NCBI GenBank assembly: GCA_963766075.1
Contig: CAVYAN010000001.1
Coordinates: 1 to 52,943 of the forward strand
DNA from: an uncultured cyanobacterium
Lineage (GTDB): Bacteria > Cyanobacteriota > Cyanobacteriia > Leptolyngbyales > Leptolyngbyaceae
Direction of reading: 5' to 3'
Length of the DNA: 52,943 nucleotides
The notes below the pieces were generated by a model. It was not told the DNA's origin and ran no database searches. It saw only the letters and a program-made list of their open reading frames with translations. Below are positions 29,041-38,613 of this stretch, piece by piece (the stretch's first letter is position 1; each line of letters opens with the position of its first letter). A program made the translations under genes and the position numbers.

Positions 29041-31347
29041 ATGTATCGGTTCCAGATCAGCGCACGCACACAGACAGGTGAATCCATTGGTCTGGTCGGT
29101 TCCATGCCTGCCCTGGGGCAATGGGATATCGCAAAATGTATCCGTCTCCAAACCAGTGCGGCCAGCTATCCCCTATGGCAAACCGCCGGGGATATTCATA
29201 TTCCTTTGCCAGTAGCCAACTCTGCGGAGCCGACCTCAGTCGAGCCCGCTGCGGTCGAGTATGCTCAGGTTGAATATAAATACGTCCGTTTGGGACCCGA
29301 CGGGAGCGTCCAGTGGGAATCAATTCCGGCCAACCGCTGGATTCCCATAACCCCAGCGGACCAATCGCGCACAATTGTTATCGATGATGGCGGGTTTGGC
29401 TATGGGCAACCCTACCCCTTTGGCTATCCTCTGCCAGAGCCTTGTTCCACCCTGCCTTTTCAGCCTGAAGCCACGGGGCTCAAGGTTTTGGTCATCGGCA
29501 GTTCCGTTGCCTGCGGGCACAAAGCCTGGTTACTCCAAGGGTGGTCTACGCTACTGGGCGATACCCTTCAGCAAAAATACGGTCATCAACTGGTGAATGT
29601 ATCGGAAGTGGGGGCCACCGTCAGCCGTACCATTGCCCGGTTTCCCACGGTGGTAGCTCCGGAAAATCCCGATGTGGTGATCATTGCCCTATCGCTGGGC
29701 AATGAGGGCTTAGCCGCCTGTCCCCCCCATGAGCGACGGGCGGTACAGCGTCGCTTTGAAAGTGGCCTGCAACAATTGGTGAGAATGACGCGGGCCTTGG
29801 GCGCACGGCCCATTTTGGGCGCGGTCTACCCCCATGGCGACTACACCCCAGAGCATCATTGGCTGCTGCAAGATACCCACCGCCGCATGGTGGATTGGGG
29901 TGTCCCGCTTCTAGACTGGTTGGCCGCTTTAAATGATGGCCAGGGCCGCTGGAAAGCTGGAGCTTCCTTTGATCCTTCCCATCCCAACACCATCGGCCAC
30001 CGCCTGATGTATGCGGCGATCGAGATCAGTCAGTTTCACATCAGCCCAGAAGACCTAGACCGCGAAAGGCAATGTTTCCAATCGCCCCATCACGCCCTGA
30101 TTTACCAGGATGACGCAGGTTTCCAGATTACCGTTTGTTCAGAAGAGAAACGGCTGTGGATTCGGAATCCTTCGCCGCACGCCTATACGATCGCGCCCTA
30201 TTGGCAGGAGCTACAAGCGGCCCTCCAGGTGCAAGCCCGCCTCCTGCCGGGACTCTACATTGCCCAGCCCGCGCCATCGGCAGCGTTGTCCTGTTTTGCA
30301 GTTCAGGAAGATGGCCGGATTGAAACCACTCTGGAAGTTCCCCCTGGGGCCACTCTGGAATACAGCGCGGCGTTCAATTTCTTTTCGCCCCACCATGCCC
30401 AGCTTCTGTTCTATGACGGGCATTTGGGCATTTTGAAGGAGGATGATCAGCATATCCGGATCATCAACGAAGCGAATCATGAGTACAACATTCAACCCAT
30501 GTGGCGAGAGGTCAGTCGCGCGCTGAAGGAAATGCCCTCAGGGGTCTATGAGGATCCGCTCGCTCCCGATGCCCCTTTTCGGACGCTGATGATTGGTCCG
30601 AATGGCGTGGAAAGTCGGGTGAAGGCTCCGCCGCGATCCGCCATGGTATTGCAATACACCTGCCCGTTGTCGGATATTCGCCGGGTAGCCATTTTGCCCC
30701 TGGGCGATCGCTGCGCCGTCCGCATGATGCTATACAAAATGGAATACGATGGCCCTGCTTTTCCGTTTGATCTGACCCGCACCACCCACATTGGGGATAT
30801 TGCGGACATGATCCAAAATCGGTTTGGGGACATGTGGAATCCGGACTTCCTGCATTACAGTCCGGAAGCAGGCCGAATCTACCATCGCAAATGGACCGGG
30901 CTATCCTTTGCCCACGAAGTCGAGGAAACCGACGAGCCAGAGCGCTACATGTATCCCGTTTATGAGCGCATGCGAATGCGTTATACGGCTCGGTCTGAAC
31001 GGTTTTGGTACGCCCTCCAGCACTGCGACAAGGTGCTCTTTGTCCGCACGGGTGTGGCCGATCGCGGCGGCGTGATGGATCTGATCGACAAACTGAAAGC
31101 CCAGTGCGGAGAAAAGCCCTTTCATCTGCTGCTCCTATCGCCCCAAGCCTCTGACCTATTTGCCGACTTGCCCCAAGTGTTGCATTACAACCTGGAGTTC
31201 AATCCGGATCGCATGTACGAAGATGAGGGGCATTGGCGGTACTGTGCGGCGATTATGCGCAGTATCCTTGACTCCCTGGGAGTATCTAGCAAAAACCTGT
31301 TTTGGTGTCCACCAACGCCGCCTAGGCAGAAACCCGTACCCATCTAG
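29041..31347 (+). CDS. CBM20 - SGNH/GDSL hydrolase - DUF1796 (papain-like) fusion protein
   Basis: LVGSMPALGQWD/YPLW/EYKY (CBM20); IGSS, SLGNEG, DPSHPN (SGNH); LGDRC...PFD (DUF1796). Confidence 0.75.
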   Translation: MYRFQISARTQTGESIGLVGSMPALGQWDIAKCIRLQTSAASYPLWQTAGDIHIPLPVANSAEPTSVEPAAVEYAQVEYKYVRLGPDGSVQWESIPANRWIPITPADQSRTIVIDDGGFGYGQPYPFGYPLPEPCSTLPFQPEATGLKVLVIGSSVACGHKAWLLQGWSTLLGDTLQQKYGHQLVNVSEVGATVSRTIARFPTVVAPENPDVVIIALSLGNEGLAACPPHERRAVQRRFESGLQQLVRMTRALGARPILGAVYPHGDYTPEHHWLLQDTHRRMVDWGVPLLDWLAALNDGQGRWKAGASFDPSHPNTIGHRLMYAAIEISQFHISPEDLDRERQCFQSPHHALIYQDDAGFQITVCSEEKRLWIRNPSPHAYTIAPYWQELQAALQVQARLLPGLYIAQPAPSAALSCFAVQEDGRIETTLEVPPGATLEYSAAFNFFSPHHAQLLFYDGHLGILKEDDQHIRIINEANHEYNIQPMWREVSRALKEMPSGVYEDPLAPDAPFRTLMIGPNGVESRVKAPPRSAMVLQYTCPLSDIRRVAILPLGDRCAVRMMLYKMEYDGPAFPFDLTRTTHIGDIADMIQNRFGDMWNPDFLHYSPEAGRIYHRKWTGLSFAHEVEETDEPERYMYPVYERMRMRYTARSERFWYALQHCDKVLFVRTGVADRGGVMDLIDKLKAQCGEKPFHLLLLSPQASDLFADLPQVLHYNLEFNPDRMYEDEGHWRYCAAIMRSILDSLGVSSKNLFWCPPTPPRQKPVPI

Positions 31348-31357
31348 GCTCAGGTTA

Positions 31358-32257
31358 TTAGAAGGCAGATTTTAGCCAATCCAAGAGGTAGGCATTGACT
31401 AATTCTGGGCGATCGTCATGGGGACAATGGCCTGTATCGGCGATGGGCACAAAGGTCAGGGGATGGTCCGTGGCATAGTCTTGATAAATTTTGGCCCCGG
31501 CAATGGGAGTCCAGGGATCCGCTTCGCCCCACAGAACCAGCAAAGGAACCTGAACTCTGGGGAGCAGTTCCGAAGGCGTAGGACCGGGCGGCGCGGTAAT
31601 AATTGAGGCAAACACCTGCTGGGCATTGGGATCGCAGGAGGGCTGATACAGGATATCGACTAATTCGTCGGTAATGGCTTCGCGGTTGCGATAAACCTGG
31701 AGCAGCGATCGCCGAATTTGCGATCGTCGCCGAATTTGATTAAACACAAACGGCCCGGTCACCGGGGATTTCACCAGTTGGGCAAAGGCACCCATCACCA
31801 GGCGCAAGGGCGCATTCAGCTCATCCGGGCGATGGTTCATGCCACCCGCACAATTCAGCAATACGCCCCCTCGCGCCATTTCGGGATAATCGGCCAACAT
31901 CATCAAACAGAGCAGCCCGCCGATGGAATTGCCGACAAATACGGTGGGCTGCTGAATGTGAGCCTGCCAAAAGTCCCGCAGCAATTCCTGCCATAACTCC
32001 ATGCTGTAATCAATCGGTGCCTTTTCAGACCCGCCAAACCCGAGTAGATCAATGGCAAACACCCGATATCCCCCGGCAGCCAGCACGGGCAGATTTTTGC
32101 GCCAGTGGCCAATGGAGGCCCCAAACCCGTGGACCAGAAGGAGAGGCTGTCCCGCACCGATCACAGCCCACTGAATCCGAAACCCCTTCCAGGTCCAAGT
32201 CGTGGTTTCAAGGGTAAATTGGGGGTCAAGGGTAGGGTCGAGTTGCTGTACAGTCAC
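31358..32257 (-). CDS. Alpha/beta fold hydrolase
   Basis: HGFG, DLLGFGGS, GNSIGG, GHCPHDD. Confidence 0.9.
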   Translation of the reverse strand: MTVQQLDPTLDPQFTLETTTWTWKGFRIQWAVIGAGQPLLLVHGFGASIGHWRKNLPVLAAGGYRVFAIDLLGFGGSEKAPIDYSMELWQELLRDFWQAHIQQPTVFVGNSIGGLLCLMMLADYPEMARGGVLLNCAGGMNHRPDELNAPLRLVMGAFAQLVKSPVTGPFVFNQIRRRSQIRRSLLQVYRNREAITDELVDILYQPSCDPNAQQVFASIITAPPGPTPSELLPRVQVPLLVLWGEADPWTPIAGAKIYQDYATDHPLTFVPIADTGHCPHDDRPELVNAYLLDWLKSAF

Positions 32258-32502
32258 AGTAATTTATAAAGAATGGTTTATGAAGAATCATTAACTCCCC
32301 TATCATAATATTTTTTGGGGGATTTGCTCCCTGGATATTCCGGCAATCTGGGTCTATCTCTGGGCCTGTCTGGGTGGTCTGGTTGATTAATCCGCCTTAT
32401 TTGATCAATCAACCTTGTAGATAGGGCAGTAGATAGAGCAAAAGATAGGGCACCCGTAGCAATCACCCCGGAAACAGCCAATCGACTCGAAGGCATACAA
32501 CA

Positions 32503-33003
32503 ATGGCAACCCACGTTTGGCAAGAGGCAGCGGTGATCCTCCAGAGTCAACGCTTGTACCACAGTTTTCAGCATTGGACGGGGCGATCGCTGCTGTCTAG
32601 CAAAGTCCAGCCTAAAGATGGCCCCTCTGGAGAGAGTCCATCTCCAGAGGCGATCGCCGAAGCCCTTTTCCGTGTGCCCTGGGTGGTGGTATCCCACGGC
32701 ACCCAAGCGGATCCAATCTTGAACTACGGTAACCAAACCGCCTTGGACCTTTGGCAAATGGATTGGCCAGAATTCACCCAAACCCCGTCTCGCCACACGG
32801 CCCAACCGGACGAACGCCCCCAGCGGGAACAACTGCTAGAACGGGCTAGAATCCAGGGCTTTATTGATGACTATACGGGGATTCGGATTGCCAAAACGGG
32901 CCAACGATTCTGGATTCGCGACGTGGTGCTGTGGACGGTCCTTGATGAACAGGGCGATCGCATTGGCCAAGCCGCCACCTTCAACACCTGGGATTTTATT
33001 TAG
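32503..33003 (+). CDS. Stand-alone MEKHLA (PAS-like) domain protein
   Basis: VVSHGTQADPILNYGN..AL.LW, PSR.TA, YTGIRI..TG.RF. Confidence 0.85.
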   Translation: MATHVWQEAAVILQSQRLYHSFQHWTGRSLLSSKVQPKDGPSGESPSPEAIAEALFRVPWVVVSHGTQADPILNYGNQTALDLWQMDWPEFTQTPSRHTAQPDERPQREQLLERARIQGFIDDYTGIRIAKTGQRFWIRDVVLWTVLDEQGDRIGQAATFNTWDFI

Positions 33004-33011
33004 GCCCGTCT

Positions 33012-33929
33012 ATGCCATTGCCCATCACCTACCACCCAGACTATGTTGTACCGCTGCCCGTCGGCCACCGGTTTCCGATGCCCAAGTTCAAGTTATTGCA
33101 TGATCTGTTGATTGCCGATGGCGTGGCGCGGGCGGATCAGTTTCATCAGCCCGGACCACCCCCTCGGGATTGGATGGAATTGGTGCATACGGCGGAGTAT
33201 GTGACGGCTTACTGTGAGGGCACCCTGGATCCCCAGGCCCAACGGCGGATTGGCCTCCCCTGGAGTCCGGCCTTAGTTACCCGAACCTGCACCGCTTTGG
33301 GCGGGACCATTTTAGCGGCTCAGTTGGCGCTGAAGTATGGACTGGCCTGCAATACAGCGGGCGGGACACATCATGCGTTTCCCAGCTATGGATCAGGATT
33401 TTGTATTTTTAATGATTTGGCGATCGCGGCCCGCGTGGTCCAAGCCTTGGGACTGGCGCAGAAAATTTTAATTGTCGATTTGGATGTGCATCAGGGTGAT
33501 GGGACGGCTTTCATTTTTCAGAATGATCCCAGTGTGTTTACATTTTCCATGCACTGCGAGATTAATTTCCCAAGCACAAAACAACGCAGTGACCTAGATG
33601 TTCCCCTAGCGGTTGGAATGGAGGATGACGACTATTTGCAGACCCTGGCAAAATATTTGCCCGATCTATTAACGCAGGTCCAACCGGATTTAGTGTTGTA
33701 CGATGCTGGCGTGGATCCGCACGGAGGCGATCGCTTGGGTAAGCTAGCCCTCACGGATCGGGGCTTGTATCGCCGCGATATGCAAGTTTTAACCACCTGC
33801 GTGGCCCAGGAATATCCCGTGGCCTGTGTGATTGGGGGCGGGTATGCAGAGGACATGACCGCGTTGGTCTATCGTCACTCTCTCCTGCACAGGGCTGCTA
33901 GTGAAGTCTATACTCACTATGGTCTGTAG
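33012..33929 (+). CDS. Histone deacetylase family protein
   Basis: HRFPMPKF, GGTHHA, GFCIFND, DLDVHQGDG, GGGY. Confidence 0.92.
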   Translation: MPLPITYHPDYVVPLPVGHRFPMPKFKLLHDLLIADGVARADQFHQPGPPPRDWMELVHTAEYVTAYCEGTLDPQAQRRIGLPWSPALVTRTCTALGGTILAAQLALKYGLACNTAGGTHHAFPSYGSGFCIFNDLAIAARVVQALGLAQKILIVDLDVHQGDGTAFIFQNDPSVFTFSMHCEINFPSTKQRSDLDVPLAVGMEDDDYLQTLAKYLPDLLTQVQPDLVLYDAGVDPHGGDRLGKLALTDRGLYRRDMQVLTTCVAQEYPVACVIGGGYAEDMTALVYRHSLLHRAASEVYTHYGL

Positions 33930-33972
33930 CCTGCGATCTATGGCCCATGCCTGTAGCCTTAGCCGTCGGATT

Positions 33973-34404
33973 TTAGGAGCGATCGCCCACTTGATTAAAG
34001 TCCCGACTGCCAAAAATAGCCTCAGAATGACAGTAAAACTTGAACTCCAAAAAATTGTCAAACGGATCTTTCAGAAAAAACGTCCGATGCTCCAAAGGCA
34101 GCCCCGGAAACCGTCGTTTCGCGCCCTGATGGATAGTTAATTTTTGTGCCTGAACCCGTTGCCACAGAGCTTCCCACTCTGCTTCAACGGCAAAGACCAA
34201 CCCAAAATGACGGGGATAGATACCGATCTGGGGTGCAGAAGCGGGTTCGGCCACATGGGCCACTAACTGATGCCCATAGAGACCGAGAATCACTGAGTCA
34301 GGGCTTTCGCGCCCCACGGTACAGCCTAGGCCATCAGCATAGAAGGCTTTAGTGTCGGGAATGTTGCGGACGGGAAAGGCCAAATGAAAAATTACTGGTG
34401 TCAT
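33973..34404 (-). CDS. VOC/glyoxalase family protein
   Basis: FHLAFPV, FYADGLGC, GHQLVAH, PRHFG, DPFDNFLEFK. Confidence 0.88.
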   Translation of the reverse strand: MTPVIFHLAFPVRNIPDTKAFYADGLGCTVGRESPDSVILGLYGHQLVAHVAEPASAPQIGIYPRHFGLVFAVEAEWEALWQRVQAQKLTIHQGAKRRFPGLPLEHRTFFLKDPFDNFLEFKFYCHSEAIFGSRDFNQVGDRS

Positions 34405-34490
34405 CGGGGGAACTTAGAGGGGACGGGGTGGGTGTAGACGCGATGGATCAATGTCAAAATGAGTCTACCGTTCCCTGATTCGGTTGCTCT

Positions 34491-35330
34491 ATGTTTCTTT
34501 CCTCTTCTTTAACGTTTGGGCTGGCGTTCTCGCCGCCGTTTCCGCCCGGAGTCCCGATGCTCATGCCTTGGGGCGTTGCCTTGGCGCTTAATACGGGACT
34601 GGCCGCGATCGCTTTCCTCGCCCCTAAAAAGCTCCTCACCCCCGCCGGACTCGCCCACGCTTGGATTCTTGGGATTTTGCTATGGGGCACCCTGGGATGG
34701 CGCGGCTACGTAGTAATGATGGTCTATTTCCTAGCGGGATCGGCGGTGACCCGACTGGGGCAGGCGCAGAAGGAAGCCGCAGGCATTGCCGAAAAGCGAT
34801 CAGGAGCCAGAGGCCCCGAAAATGTTTGGGGTTCAGCGTTGGTAGCGGCACTGTGCGCCATGGGCGCATTGATGATGGGGCTGAGCCAAACTTCAGGGCC
34901 AGAGATTTCGCTCTTGCTGCTGGGCTATGTCGCCAGTATCGGCACCAAATTGTCGGATACAACCGCCAGCGAAGTCGGCAAGGCTTACGGGCAGCGCACC
35001 TTTTTGATTACAACATTGCAGCCGGTGTCGCGGGGCACCGAAGGGGCAGTGAGTGTGGAGGGCACGGTGGCCGGTGCGGTGGCCTCGGTGGCGATCGCCC
35101 TCCTGGGCTGGGCCGTGGGCTTAATTCATCCCTTCGGCATTGGCCTGTGTATCCTAGCCGCCTTTGTAGCCACCAATATAGAAAGTGTCATTGGGGCCAC
35201 CTTCCAGACTCAATTCCGATGGTTAACGAATGAAATTGTAAATGTTCTCAATACCCTGATCGGGGCTGGAGTTGCCATTTTGCTGGGAAGTGTCTTAGGA
35301 TATACCAGCAATGGTCATCCATTGGGCTAA
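34491..35330 (+). CDS. TIGR00297/DUF92 membrane protein (VTE6-like phytyl-phosphate kinase family)
   Basis: RGPENVWGS, KLSDTTASEVGKAYG, GTEGAVSVEGT, ESVIGAT. Confidence 0.85.
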   Translation: MFLSSSLTFGLAFSPPFPPGVPMLMPWGVALALNTGLAAIAFLAPKKLLTPAGLAHAWILGILLWGTLGWRGYVVMMVYFLAGSAVTRLGQAQKEAAGIAEKRSGARGPENVWGSALVAALCAMGALMMGLSQTSGPEISLLLLGYVASIGTKLSDTTASEVGKAYGQRTFLITTLQPVSRGTEGAVSVEGTVAGAVASVAIALLGWAVGLIHPFGIGLCILAAFVATNIESVIGATFQTQFRWLTNEIVNVLNTLIGAGVAILLGSVLGYTSNGHPLG

Positions 35331-35911
35331 TTCAAATCCTACTCCCACAAAGATTTTGGGCAATGTTTTCCTACATAAACTTTGCCAATGTTGATTTTCC
35401 AATACTGAGTCACCACTAGTATCAACAATATCGACCGGCCTGCATCTACTCGTTATCCATTCAGCATCTACTCTGGATAATGAGTATTGAACATCACAAA
35501 GACACGTCAATTCCTCACTGGATCGTTGCTATTTTAGCCACGACTTACTGAGTTGTGCCTCAAGCAGAAACTGTCTCAAGCAGGAATTCTGTCAAATCAG
35601 GAGTCTAATGCATGGCGCTGAGTGGTCATAAGGATTACGTAATCATAAAGATTACGTTGAGCAATTTTTCTGTAGACGCGGACAATCTTTTCGTACTCTG
35701 ATGGGAAATTTGTTCAGTTTTCTCTAGGACCGCTCCCCTTGTCTCCACTTTGGACGGGCTGATTTTGCAGTGGGCCATTACGGTCGAGGGCGGAATAATT
35801 AAGTTACGTTGTGGCAGGCGATAGGTTTCGCCTGGGTACTGATCCGTCAGTCTGTAGTGGTGGGCTAATGTTGGAACTTTTCAAATTCCTCATCCCAAAA
35901 TCTAAAATCTA

Positions 35912-37462
35912 ATGCTTCGTTTTTCCCACGGGTTTCCGGACTCGACCTCTGACCGCTTGGACAGCACGTGTTACCCTATAGCAAATGGGATCGCTCATGC
36001 TGGTCCAAGCTTGCGATCGCCTCTAGACTCAGCGCCCCTTTCAGAACATTTAGGAACCTACTGGGGCCGCTCATCGCTGAGTTCTCCTGTCCAAACTTCT
36101 CCATTGGCCCCAGCCTCGACAGAGGCCCTTGCGGGTACTAGTGTATCGTCTACCCGTCTGAGCCTTCGCAGCTACTTCGATCAGCCTTATGGGGTTCAAT
36201 CACAATCTAGCGAACTCCTGCCGACAACTGTGGTGAATGCCATTACCATTCCGGTGGCTGATGCTGTTGCGGCTCCGGTGGCTGATGCCATTGCGGTCCC
36301 AGTGGCCGAGACCATTGCCATTCCGGTCGCTGATGCTGTTGCAACCCCAGTGGCCGACGCCATTGCGGCCCCGGTGGCTAAGGTCGCCACACCATTAGCT
36401 GATGCGGTTGCTGCTCCAGTGTCCAATGCCATTCCAGAATCTTCAGTATCCTCGATATCCCTAGCGCTGCCCGTCGTCGCCCAGAGCACTGCTCCCCCCT
36501 ACAGCAGCATCTTTGGATACGGTTTAGTGGATGCCGCCGCCGCTGTGGCTAATGTTCTGGGTCTGGCAGCGCTGCCTGCTGTAACCGAAGTTGGGGGAGG
36601 CAATTGGTCCCTGGAAGCGATTAATGCCCCGGAGGTCTGGGCCAAGGGCTACACGGGCCAGGGGGTTGTCGTGGCAGTGGTGGATAGCGGTGTAGACTAC
36701 ACCCATCCTGACCTCAAAAATAACATCTGGGTCAATACCCGAGAAATCGCGGGCAATGGTCTGGATGATGACCATAACGGCTATATCGACGATATCGTAG
36801 GTTGGGATTACGTAGACTACGATAACTCTCCCCTGGATGGCACTGGACATGGTACCCACGTTGCCGGAACCATTGCCGCTGAATTGAATACCTTTGGGGC
36901 TACGGGAGTTGCCTACGGTGCAAAAGTAATGCCTGTGCGTGTATTGGATGCTAATGGCAACGGCAGTTACGCCAGAATTGCCGAAGGCGTGTATTACGCA
37001 GTAGACAATGGTGCCAACATTATTAACCTGAGTATTGGGGGGACCACTTACTCTGCCCAACTCCAAGCCGCCATTCAATACGCTACTGATCGCGGGGTCT
37101 TAGTCATTTCTGCCGCTGGGAATAACGGCGGTGTTTCTCCGCTGTTTCCGGCCTCCTTGGCCAGTCAAGTCGGGATTGCCGTCGGAGCGGTCGATCTCTA
37201 TAATCAGATGCCCAGTTTTTCGGCGCGATCGGGGGCCACTCCGGTCAGCTATGTGGTTGCTCCAGGGGTGAACATTTTTTCCACCACCCCTAACAATACC
37301 TACGGGTTCAACACTGGCACGTCTATGGCGGTGCCCCATATTGCGGGGGTAGCGGCGTTGCTACTCAGCGCTAAGCCAACCCTGACGCCTGCCCAGTTGA
37401 CGGCACTGTTGACTAACACGGCAAATCCCACCGGAATTACCCTACCGCCGACTCTGGCCTAG
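35912..37462 (+). CDS. S8 (subtilisin-like) serine peptidase with low-complexity N-terminal region
   Basis: Catalytic triad motifs VAVVDSG, GHGTHVAG, GTSMAVPH; AAGN oxyanion motif; true start uncertain. Confidence 0.9.
   Translation: MLRFSHGFPDSTSDRLDSTCYPIANGIAHAGPSLRSPLDSAPLSEHLGTYWGRSSLSSPVQTSPLAPASTEALAGTSVSSTRLSLRSYFDQPYGVQSQSSELLPTTVVNAITIPVADAVAAPVADAIAVPVAETIAIPVADAVATPVADAIAAPVAKVATPLADAVAAPVSNAIPESSVSSISLALPVVAQSTAPPYSSIFGYGLVDAAAAVANVLGLAALPAVTEVGGGNWSLEAINAPEVWAKGYTGQGVVVAVVDSGVDYTHPDLKNNIWVNTREIAGNGLDDDHNGYIDDIVGWDYVDYDNSPLDGTGHGTHVAGTIAAELNTFGATGVAYGAKVMPVRVLDANGNGSYARIAEGVYYAVDNGANIINLSIGGTTYSAQLQAAIQYATDRGVLVISAAGNNGGVSPLFPASLASQVGIAVGAVDLYNQMPSFSARSGATPVSYVVAPGVNIFSTTPNNTYGFNTGTSMAVPHIAGVAALLLSAKPTLTPAQLTALLTNTANPTGITLPPTLA
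36251..36433 (+). repeat. Coding ~24-bp repeat (PVADA[VI]A[ATV]), about 8 copies
   Basis: PVADAVAA PVADAIAV PVAETIAI PVADAVAT PVADAIAA PVAKVAT PLADAVAA PVSNAI. Confidence 0.9.
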
Positions 37463-37789
37463 GACCGGAGCTATGGGATGACTGTGAGTGCGCGTTAAAC
37501 TGCGGGGCGACCCACTTCCTATGGGCCGCCCCACTGCCACAGAAGATTAGCGTAGCTTTTGGAAAGCAAATCAACCTCTCGGGTTTTGCCAAGCATCGCA
37601 AAGATCGCCTAACGGAACAAGGCGTGCCCCCTGGGTTATGGGGGCCAAGACATTCAAAAAATACGCGCTTCCGGGCAGTGGCTTCATGATCCACAACCAT
37701 TGATGCCACGCGCTCAGCAATGATTACTGACAAATTGCCTCAACCCCAACCAAGCGAGCTAAGGCATAAAGCGATCGCCCACCCACAAT

Positions 37790-38338
37790 TCACTCAGGGC
37801 GCAGCAGCGCCTCCGGCATTTGATGCAGAATGCGCTTAAAGATTTCCGTATTATTCAACCCCCGGCTCAACACCAGTGCGCCTTGAATCAGCGAAATCGC
37901 CTCTTCAGCCCGCTGACGAGCCGTCGGAGGTGTAATTCCGGCATCCTCCAAAACAGTGGCCAAACTACCAATCCAAAGATTGAGCGCTTGCTGCACCCGC
38001 CCGTGAAATAGCTCATGCGCTTCCCCAACACTGAGGAGTGCTAATAAACAATCTTGCTGACCCTGCCGATAAAATGCATCGACATTGTGATTCATGCCAC
38101 GGATGCGGTCAATCGGTGGGCGATCGCTGCGTAAAGGGGCCAGCAACTGCTCCTTCAACGCCTGCGTAATGTAATCCAGAACGGCATCAGCCATTTCTTC
38201 CTTGCCCTTCGGGAAATAGTGATAAAGGCTCGCCCGCTTCAACCCAGTCGCCTCAGAAAACCGGGTAATGCTAGCCCCTTCATACCCATATTGCTGAAAT
38301 ACCGCCATCAACTGAGGAATGACCTCTGCTTTTGCCAT
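37790..38338 (-). CDS. TetR/AcrR family transcriptional regulator
   Basis: FQQYGYEGASI...GLKRASLYHYFPKGKEE helix-turn-helix. Confidence 0.92.
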   Translation of the reverse strand: MAKAEVIPQLMAVFQQYGYEGASITRFSEATGLKRASLYHYFPKGKEEMADAVLDYITQALKEQLLAPLRSDRPPIDRIRGMNHNVDAFYRQGQQDCLLALLSVGEAHELFHGRVQQALNLWIGSLATVLEDAGITPPTARQRAEEAISLIQGALVLSRGLNNTEIFKRILHQMPEALLRPE

Positions 38339-38370
38339 GGACTGACCTCAAAAAAGTTTTGCATTCCTCC

Positions 38371-38422
38371 TTGACAGTATACCAAACGTTCGGTAATTTA
38401 GATTTATACCGAACGTTTGGTA
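38371..38422 (+). promoter_or_regulatory. Sigma70-type promoter overlapped by two TetR-type operators
   Basis: TTGACA(38371)-N17-TAATTT(38394); near-palindromes TACCAAACGTTCGGTA (38380-38395) and TACCGAACGTTTGGTA (38407-38422). Confidence 0.75.
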
Positions 38423-38613
38423 AAGTAAAACAGAACAAGACCAAAAAGTCGAGAATGCTTTGCAGCCGCAATCTAATGCATCGCAGGCAAGCAGGCTCAG
38501 GCGAAGACTGTACCCCTATCAGTGGCGAACCCAGCCCCAAAACAGCCTGGTTAAAAGCAAATTCTGGTCAAAACATTCTGGTCAAAACACAAGTAAACAC
38601 AAGGAGCAACATC

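Noticed and set aside
32278..32832. 184-aa minus-strand ORF and many other long overlapping ORFs
   Set aside because: Antisense or alternate-frame shadows of well-supported genes in GC-rich DNA, with no recognisable motifs
35637..35657. NtcA-like site GTAATCATAAAGATTAC upstream of the S8 protease
   Set aside because: Spacing is GTA-N11-TAC rather than N8, and it is explained by a local tandem duplication
37463..37789. Possible gene remnant between the S8 protease and tetR
   Set aside because: Only short open stretches with no recognisable family; cannot be supported without a search
38332..38613. 94-aa N-terminal extension of the hydrolase in the ORF track
   Set aside because: Covers the promoter/operators; the real start is most likely ATG 38614 with an AAGGAG RBS
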